Positions 41,026 to 47,858 of a stretch of 64,000 nt of DNA are shown one piece after another. The notes below the pieces were generated by a model, which worked only from the letters and a program-made list of their open reading frames with translations, made no database searches and was not told the DNA's origin. Source of the DNA: Marispirochaeta sp. GTDB taxonomy: Bacteria; Spirochaetota; Spirochaetia; JC444; Marispirochaetaceae. The position numbers and the translations under genes were made by a program. The stretch covers positions 1,856,001 to 1,920,000 of the forward strand of contig CAXXFF010000002.1 in assembly GCA_963676835.2 (NCBI GenBank), read 5' to 3'. The stretch's first letter is position 1. Each line of letters starts with the position of its first letter.

Positions 41026-42345
41026 ATGAGAGTAAATATGCGGGAGAGCAAGTTTGACCGCAACGGTGTTGTGGAGAGGATGGTGGGAAGCACCCCGCTG
41101 CCCAAAATGATAAAGGTTCGGCAGAAGCTGAACGACGAGAAACTGAACGATATCCCCGGTGAGATCAAAAAGCAGATCAACCTGGATAAAATCAAGGCAA
41201 CAGTAAAACCGGGAATGTCCATCGGAATAACCGTAGGAAGCCGGGGTATTGCCAATCTTGCCTTACTGGTAAAAGAAACTGTAGCAGCACTGAAAGCGCT
41301 TGGTGCAGAACCTTTTGTCTTTCCTGCCATGGGAAGTCACGGAGGTGGAAATGCTCAGGGGCAGAAAGAGATGATTGAAGGCTTCGGTGTTACCGAAGAG
41401 TACATCGGATGTCCCATCAAAGCCACCATGGAAGTTGTTCAGATTGCTACCCTTGATGACGGCCGCCCTGTTTACCTCGACAAATATGCATCCGAGGCCG
41501 ATGGCTATATTCTTCTCGGCCGGGTAAAGGCTCATACCGCCTTCCGGGGCGAGTATGAGAGCGGAATGCTCAAGATGCTTGCTATCGGGGCGGCGAAGCA
41601 CGAGGGTGCACTTGCCTGTCACAGTCAGGGATTCCGCAAGATGGCGGAAAATGTTCCAGCCTATGGAATGGCTATGCTGAACAACTCCAACATGCTGTTC
41701 GGTCTGGCTATTATTGAAAATGCCCATGATGAAACAAACCGGATTATTGCTCTTACCAAAGAAGAGATACCGGTAGAAGAGCCTAAACTGCTTATTGAAG
41801 CAAAAGAGAAGATGGCTCAGATCTATTTTGATGATATTGATGTCATGGTTGTAGATGAAGTAGGTAAAAACCACTCCGGCGACGGAATGGACCCCAATAT
41901 AACCGGAAGCTACCAGACTCCCCAGGCTCAGGGACCTCCCAACGTATACCAGTATGTAGTTCTTGGCCTGTCCGAAGAGACCCACGGAAATGCCATGGGA
42001 GTCGGTATGGCTCATTTTACCACCAAACAGGTATTTGACGAGGCCGATTACGATACCATGTATCCCAACGCCCTTACTGCCCGGGTTGTTCTTGCGGTAC
42101 GGATGCCCATGGTTCTGAATACCGATAAGCTTGCAATTCAGGCTGCTACTTATGTGGTAAACGGTAATGGATACCTTGAGCCGAGAATTGTCCGGATTAA
42201 GAGCTCCAGTCATGTTGGTGAAATCTGGATTTCCGAATACATGCTGGAAGAGGCAAAGAAAAATCCCAATATCGAGATAATCGGCGAAGCTGAAGATTTT
42301 GATTTCGATTCAAAAGGTGAGCTGAAAGAGAAGGGCGGACACTGA
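41026..42345 (+). CDS. Lactate racemase (LarA)-like / DUF362-related putative nickel-pincer 2-hydroxyacid isomerase
   Basis: GSRGIAN, PAMGSHGG, RVKAHTAF, ESG..KM..IG..K, GKN.SG.GMDPNITG, HGNA.GVG. Confidence 0.75.
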   Translation: MRVNMRESKFDRNGVVERMVGSTPLPKMIKVRQKLNDEKLNDIPGEIKKQINLDKIKATVKPGMSIGITVGSRGIANLALLVKETVAALKALGAEPFVFPAMGSHGGGNAQGQKEMIEGFGVTEEYIGCPIKATMEVVQIATLDDGRPVYLDKYASEADGYILLGRVKAHTAFRGEYESGMLKMLAIGAAKHEGALACHSQGFRKMAENVPAYGMAMLNNSNMLFGLAIIENAHDETNRIIALTKEEIPVEEPKLLIEAKEKMAQIYFDDIDVMVVDEVGKNHSGDGMDPNITGSYQTPQAQGPPNVYQYVVLGLSEETHGNAMGVGMAHFTTKQVFDEADYDTMYPNALTARVVLAVRMPMVLNTDKLAIQAATYVVNGNGYLEPRIVRIKSSSHVGEIWISEYMLEEAKKNPNIEIIGEAEDFDFDSKGELKEKGGH

Positions 42346-42372
42346 GTTCTGCTCTGATTTTTGCTGATACTG

Positions 42373-42400
42373 AAACCCCGGCTAAACGCCGGGGTTTTTT
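42373..42400 (+). terminator. Rho-independent terminator
   Basis: AAACCCCGGC-TAAAC-GCCGGGGTTTTTT. Confidence 0.8.
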
Positions 42401-42409
42401 ATACCCTGC

Positions 42410-42616
42410 GTACCACAGGCCCGAAGGGCCGAGGAACGCAGGGCGGAGAAGCGTGGCTTTGCGGAGCAAAACGCGCGGTCCGGGGGTGTACCACAGGCCC
42501 GAAGGGCCGAGGAACGCAGGGCGGATAAGCGTGGCTTTGCGGAGCAAAACGCGCGGTCCGGGGGTGTACCACAGGCCCGATGGGCCAAGGAACGCAGGGT
42601 GGATGAGCGTGGTTTT
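42410..42616 (+). repeat. 78-bp tandem repeat (about 2.6 copies), structured and REP-like
   Basis: Units start at 42410, 42488 and 42566; internal hairpins GGCCC-GAA-GGGCC and TTTGC-GGA-GCAAA. Confidence 0.92.
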
Positions 42617-42729
42617 TAGTATATGAATACTATGAAATTAAGAATTGGATATCGGTTAACTTAGTCTTTTAGGTATTAATAAGCATACATGAATGGACGT
42701 GATGCTGGTCGAGAATCAGGTGGAAGAAG

Positions 42730-42802
42730 CGGACCGCACGTTTGCCTTCGGCAAGCCGCTCTCGTCCGCCCCGCGTCCCTCCTTTCAGTCCGGTACGCGG
42801 GG
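42730..42802 (-). repeat. Inverted diverged copy of the 78-bp element
   Basis: Minus strand CCCCGCGTACC...GACGCGGGGCGGA...TTGCCGAAGGCAAACGTGCGGTCCG aligns with the tandem unit. Confidence 0.75.
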
Positions 42803-42803
42803 G

Positions 42804-42836
42804 AAAAAAAACCCGTGAAGCTTTCGCCTCACGGGT
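42804..42836 (-). terminator. Rho-independent terminator of the TRAP operon
   Basis: ACCCGTGA...TCACGGGT with A8 on the plus strand. Confidence 0.75.
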
Positions 42837-42859
42837 CTTGAGATCATCAGAAGTATTCC

Positions 42860-44155
42860 TTAATCGATAAAACCGGCCAGCCTTGGCAGGAAGAGAACGA
42901 TTTCGGGGATGTAGGTAATTGCAAATACCGCAGCCATTTCCGCTGCAACAAAGGGCATTACCTTGGGAACCATTTTCTCTACTGAACACTTGGCAATGGG
43001 GACCGCTGTGAACAGACATACACCTACCGGAGGAGTGGTAAGACCGATGTTGAGGTTTACCAGCATGATAAGTGCAAAGTGAAGAGGATGGATTCCATAT
43101 TCCATTGCCAGGGGCAGCAGAATGGGGGTAAGCATGATAACCGATGCAGAGATTTCCATTACCATTCCCATAAAGAAGAAGAGAATGTTAACCGCAAACA
43201 GGAAGAGATACTTGTTTGAGATCAGGGAAGTAATGAAGTTTGCAACGTGCTCGGGGATATGCTCAATGGTAAGAACCATACTGAAAAGCTGGGAACAGGA
43301 TACAATCAGAAGGATTGTCGCACCAACTTTTCCCGCATCGATCAAACTGTCGATCATAAGCTTCATACTAAGGGTTTTATAGTAGAAAACACCAACCAGG
43401 AAGGCATAGAGACAGGCGATTGCTGCAGCTTCTGTGGGAGTAAAAATACCGGACAGAATACCACCGATAATAATTACAGGAACCAGCAAGGCTACGATTG
43501 AACGGCGAACTATTCCCGCAGCTTCCTTGAAGGGTATGCGCTCAGTTCTTTTGGGGTGATTGTACTTGATGGCATATACATACGCCAGAATCATAAGCGA
43601 GAGAGCAACTGCAAGACCGGGAAGGAAGCCACCCACAAAGAGTGCTCCAACTGATTCACCGGTTACTGAGCTGTAGATAACCATGATAATACTCGGCGGG
43701 ATAATCGGTCCGATTACTGAAGACGCCGTGGTTACCGCCGCTGCATATTCGGCTGAATATCCTTCCTCTTTCATTGCAGGAATCAGGATGGAACCGATAG
43801 CTGCGGTATCCGCAACGGCCGCACCGGTAAGACCTGCAAATGCGATACTTACAACGATATTAACCTGTGCAAGGGCTCCCCGAACACGGCCGACCAGCAG
43901 CTGTGCAAAGTTAACCAGGTCACGGGTAATACCGGTATGGTTCATAATGTTACCGGCAAGCACAAAGAAGGGCAGAGCCAGAAGAACATAGTTGTCTATA
44001 CCACCGAAGAGCTTGGAAGCGATTGCAACCAGAGGCAGTCCCTGAAAAAAGATCAGGTAAAGAAGTGGTACCAGTCCAAGTACAAAGGCGATAGGTACGC
44101 CGATGACAAGGAGAAAAACGAATAATACTACCATTATCTGTACTGAAATATGCAT
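42860..44155 (-). CDS. dctM: TRAP transporter large permease DctM
   Basis: LALPFFVLAG, GAAVAD, PIIPPS, TPTEA, TPPVG. Confidence 0.93.
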   Translation of the reverse strand: MHISVQIMVVLFVFLLVIGVPIAFVLGLVPLLYLIFFQGLPLVAIASKLFGGIDNYVLLALPFFVLAGNIMNHTGITRDLVNFAQLLVGRVRGALAQVNIVVSIAFAGLTGAAVADTAAIGSILIPAMKEEGYSAEYAAAVTTASSVIGPIIPPSIIMVIYSSVTGESVGALFVGGFLPGLAVALSLMILAYVYAIKYNHPKRTERIPFKEAAGIVRRSIVALLVPVIIIGGILSGIFTPTEAAAIACLYAFLVGVFYYKTLSMKLMIDSLIDAGKVGATILLIVSCSQLFSMVLTIEHIPEHVANFITSLISNKYLFLFAVNILFFFMGMVMEISASVIMLTPILLPLAMEYGIHPLHFALIMLVNLNIGLTTPPVGVCLFTAVPIAKCSVEKMVPKVMPFVAAEMAAVFAITYIPEIVLFLPRLAGFID

Positions 44156-44169
44156 AGTATACCTCTATC

Positions 44170-44685
44170 CTAAAAATCGTGTCCGCCGGAAAGAAGATAC
44201 TCTTTGTCATCTCCCTTCTCGGTAAGCAGGCCGGTGGTAAAGTACATCATGTGAATCAGCATGAACAAAGACCCGATGGGTATGTTCAGCTTAACCCAGG
44301 TCATCGGGATGCGGATGATCGCACCAAGCTGACGGCGGGCAACATATGCGGCTTTAAAACCGTAGATAATGACAACCACGAGGAACAGGATAATAGTGAT
44401 ATATCCTATTACAAGGGAGAGTTTTCTGAGTGCAGGTTTCATGCGGGTAATAAAAAATTCGATACCGATATGAGCACGCTCTTTCATTGCAACCGAAGCT
44501 CCAATGTATCCCATGCCGATCAGCATCCAGCGCATAAGTTCCTCATTCCACGAAAGGGACTGCAAAAAGACCCTGAAAAAGACGCCGAGAATCGCGAGGA
44601 AGGTTACCCCGAGAACGTACGCCAGCAGGATCCACTTGGCGGCTATATTGGTATAGTCGCTGGCTTTCTTCAAATACTGAATCAT
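44170..44685 (-). CDS. dctQ: TRAP transporter small permease DctQ
   Basis: WNEELMR, HIGIEF, 4 TM segments. Confidence 0.88.
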   Translation of the reverse strand: MIQYLKKASDYTNIAAKWILLAYVLGVTFLAILGVFFRVFLQSLSWNEELMRWMLIGMGYIGASVAMKERAHIGIEFFITRMKPALRKLSLVIGYITIILFLVVVIIYGFKAAYVARRQLGAIIRIPMTWVKLNIPIGSLFMLIHMMYFTTGLLTEKGDDKEYLLSGGHDF

Positions 44686-44737
44686 TCTGTTTTCTCTCAA
44701 TAAGTAAGTGTGGGAGACTCTTTATACAAGAGTAAGG

Positions 44738-44769
44738 GCAGTCCGGTCCTTTTGGGGACCGGACTGCCA
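44738..44769 (-). terminator. Intercistronic hairpin after dctP
   Basis: GGCAGTCCGGTCC-TTTTGG-GGACCGGACTGCC. Confidence 0.65.
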
Positions 44770-44808
44770 TATATCCTTCTACAGGATGTATTTAACTAAG
44801 AGGTGAGA

Positions 44809-45963
44809 TTAGCGTCTCCAGCCTGCAGAGGCTTCAGCGCGCTTAACATCTTCTACGAAAGCATCAACAAGTTCCGCTCCGAGTTCGCCCTTCAGGTAAT
44901 CGATAACTGCGGGCTGTGCAACTTCCTGGAACTTTGCCTTTTCTCCAGCTGTGGGGAAGTAAACTTCCATCTGAGCTGCAACTTCTTCGAACTTAACAAT
45001 GTTGGAAACCATTTTCTCAGCAGTGTTGTTAGCTTCTACAGAAAGACGGGCACCAGCAAGGAGAACCTGCTGTACACCGATGGGAAGGCTGTTGAATTTG
45101 TCAGCGTTCATTACCATAACGTTTTCAGACCATACGTGGCCGTCCATTGTCAGGTATTTCTGAACTTCCTGGATTTTTCCGAGGAAGATGGAAGAAACGG
45201 GGTTCTCTTCACCGTCTACAACACCAGTCTGGAGAGCAGTGTAGAGCTCGTTCCATGCGATGGGTACTGCAGATGCGCCGAGAGACTCAACCATTTTTAC
45301 GTATACGGGGCTCTGCATAACGCGGAACTTGATTCCCTTCATGTCTGCGGGAGTCTTGATGGGGCGTACGTTGTTGGTGAAGTTTCTCCAACCATTCTGA
45401 CCCATTCCGAGGTATTTCAGGCCGGTTTCTTTTTCCATGTTGTCCATGAGGTCTGCCCATACTTTGCTTTCCCGGAAGAAAGTAGTAGTGATGTCGTCAT
45501 TGGCGAACAGGTAAGGAATGGTGAAAATCTGGAAGGGAGCATAGAAAGTTCCCAGTGAACCGGTTCCGATGTTGATGTCCAGTGAACCGTTCTGTACCAT
45601 TTCACAAGTTTCGCGGTAGCTACCGAGAGATCCGGCACCGAAAAGCTCAAGCTGAACCATTCCGCCAGTCTGAGATTCTACGAAGTCCTTGAACATAACT
45701 GCCATGGCATGCTCGGGATCGGGTACGTTAGCTGATTTGGGCCAAAGTACGGGGTCGTCATAAGACATGCGCAGAGTAATGGGTTTTGAAGGCATTGTCA
45801 TGTCAATGAATGCTGGGATTGCGCCTTCAGAGGAGGACATTGCGGGGGCTGCTGCTGCAGGTGCTGCTGCTGCGGGTGCTTCCTTAGCGCAGGAAAAAGC
45901 CAGCAGTGACAGTGTTACCAAGAGAGCAATGGTGAGCTTTCCTAACCATTTTCCTTTTGTCAT
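44809..45963 (-). CDS. dctP: TRAP substrate-binding lipoprotein DctP
   Basis: Lipobox LAFSC, Ala/Pro linker, NGWR, FRVM, ELYTALQTGVVDGEEN. Confidence 0.92.
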   Translation of the reverse strand: MTKGKWLGKLTIALLVTLSLLAFSCAKEAPAAAAPAAAAPAMSSSEGAIPAFIDMTMPSKPITLRMSYDDPVLWPKSANVPDPEHAMAVMFKDFVESQTGGMVQLELFGAGSLGSYRETCEMVQNGSLDINIGTGSLGTFYAPFQIFTIPYLFANDDITTTFFRESKVWADLMDNMEKETGLKYLGMGQNGWRNFTNNVRPIKTPADMKGIKFRVMQSPVYVKMVESLGASAVPIAWNELYTALQTGVVDGEENPVSSIFLGKIQEVQKYLTMDGHVWSENVMVMNADKFNSLPIGVQQVLLAGARLSVEANNTAEKMVSNIVKFEEVAAQMEVYFPTAGEKAKFQEVAQPAVIDYLKGELGAELVDAFVEDVKRAEASAGWRR

Positions 45964-46245
45964 ACATACACTCCTTTTCTGTGTATTTAAGTAGAATATC
46001 CTGTGGAAATCACAGGCCGTGTAACCGTTATACTACGACTTTTTGCTGGAGTCAATTTTTTTTTGTATGACATCTTATAACAAAAGCCTATTTTTTATAT
46101 TTTTTGTAAATACAGGGAAAAAGCAGGGAATATTGTATACAGTTTTCGTCTGCCGTCCCCGTTTTTCCTCAGAATGTCGTGTACTGTATTTTTTGCTATG
46201 CAAATTCGCAAAAGCAAGTGTAAGATAGTGCCCTAGGATTATTAA

Positions 46246-46923
46246 ATGAAAGATAGCGAACAACGCCAGACAAAGCATGAAATCTATACCACCCTCTTTG
46301 ACCGGATAGTGCACAATAAATATCCCGAGGAAACCTGGCTCAGGGAGGATATTCTTGCTGCAGAGTTTAATGTCTCACGTTCTCCGGTACGGAGTGTGCT
46401 GCGGGATCTCGAACAGGATCATCTCATAGAGATTCTTCCCAAACGAGGAGCCAGGGTATTTCCTTTTACCGCTGATGACCTTGAGGATATTTATGAGCTG
46501 AGGAGAGATCTTGAACTCCTTGCCATGAAACGCTCCGCCCACTCTCTCAGTATCCAGAGGCTCCTCGAGCTGAAAGCCGATATTCTCGGGATGAAAGGAA
46601 TAGTGCATCCTGTTGAGCATGCCAGAGCGGACAGCGCTCTCCATTCCTATATTATCGAATCCTCCGGCCGCCGGCGCCTTATTCTTATGCTTAAGCAGCT
46701 GTACCGGCTTACCCAGACTTTCCGGGAGCTCAGCCTTATAAATGAAACCTCACGTAATGCAACTATCGACGAACATATAAATCTGATAGATGCATTGTGT
46801 ATCAGGGATCTGGATAAAGCGGCAGAACTGTTAACAAGGCATATTGAAAACAGTAAAATTCGGGTGCTGACTCTGGTTATTCAGGGGAAAATGAAGGAGT
46901 CAGGCTCTAAGGTCACCGGCTAA
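46246..46923 (+). CDS. GntR family regulator (paralog of 37161-37817)
   Basis: VSRSPVR, FPFTADDLEDIYE shared with the paralog. Confidence 0.9.
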   Translation: MKDSEQRQTKHEIYTTLFDRIVHNKYPEETWLREDILAAEFNVSRSPVRSVLRDLEQDHLIEILPKRGARVFPFTADDLEDIYELRRDLELLAMKRSAHSLSIQRLLELKADILGMKGIVHPVEHARADSALHSYIIESSGRRRLILMLKQLYRLTQTFRELSLINETSRNATIDEHINLIDALCIRDLDKAAELLTRHIENSKIRVLTLVIQGKMKESGSKVTG

Positions 46924-47849
46924 ATAACATTCACCTCTATTGATGCTTTCTGCAATAATGTAACTGCCCTGTCTACTGTTTCCGAATCTGCTGCGGGAAT
47001 TGCATCCCCCGGGTTTCTGCGGCCGAGGTGTCCATATTTTTCTGTTCCAAGGGTATGGTGGGGGAGCAGATCAACCTGACTGATGTTTAAGTCTGAGAAC
47101 AGGCGAATCATAGCGTTCAGTTCGTCATCTGTGGTATTTATCTCGGGAATAAGGGGAATCCGTATTCTGATTTTTGTTCGGTACTTCCCCATGGCGGTTT
47201 GAAGGTTGTTAAGAATAACTGAGTTGGTTTTTCCGGTGTATTTTTTATGGGTAGCAGGAACTGCTGTTTTAATGTCAAAAAGCAGTAAACTTGCAGTTCG
47301 GCAGACTTCCTGCATTACATCCCATGCTCCATCTCCGCAGGTATCTACGGCGGAATGAACTCTATGGTCTTTCAATTTCTCAAGCAGGGAGAGGGTAAAC
47401 TCCGGCTGAAACAGTGGTTCGCCGCCTGAAAGTGTAACCCCTCCTCCGGATTCCTCGAAAAATGGTTTGTCTTTAATAAGCTCATCAAATATTTCTTCCA
47501 CGCTAACTGTTTTGCCTGCAACACTTAACGCATCTGTTGGACATTTTAATGGGGCTTCATGCAGGAAGAAATCGGAGGTTCTGGCTCTCTGAGGGATTAG
47601 TACTTTTCCTTCTTTGTCTTTTTTTACGCTTGCATTAACTCCTGTGCTGGAGTAGAGGGTGCAATCCGGGAGGCATAGAGTTCTGTTATACATCAGTTCC
47701 GGGAAGCTGTTCTGACTTTCCGGATTCGCACACCAGATACACCGGAGAGGACAACCTTTCAGAAAAATTGTGGTGCGTATGCCGGGGCCGTTGTGAAGGC
47801 TGAAAGTCTGGAGGGCAAATATGCAGCCCTTTGGTGTGCTATGTGACAT
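46920..47849 (-). CDS. Glycyl-radical-enzyme activating enzyme (radical SAM), variant
   Basis: GCPLRCIWCANPES (CxxxCxxC), SGGEP, VDTCG, FDIK, LLPHH; HNGPG instead of HDGPG. Confidence 0.92.
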   Translation of the reverse strand: MSHSTPKGCIFALQTFSLHNGPGIRTTIFLKGCPLRCIWCANPESQNSFPELMYNRTLCLPDCTLYSSTGVNASVKKDKEGKVLIPQRARTSDFFLHEAPLKCPTDALSVAGKTVSVEEIFDELIKDKPFFEESGGGVTLSGGEPLFQPEFTLSLLEKLKDHRVHSAVDTCGDGAWDVMQEVCRTASLLLFDIKTAVPATHKKYTGKTNSVILNNLQTAMGKYRTKIRIRIPLIPEINTTDDELNAMIRLFSDLNISQVDLLPHHTLGTEKYGHLGRRNPGDAIPAADSETVDRAVTLLQKASIEVNVI

Positions 47850-47858
47850 TCCTGCTGC

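Noticed and set aside
42410..42616. CRISPR array
   Set aside because: The 78-bp units are near-identical along their whole length, with no unique spacers, and there are no cas genes in the window.
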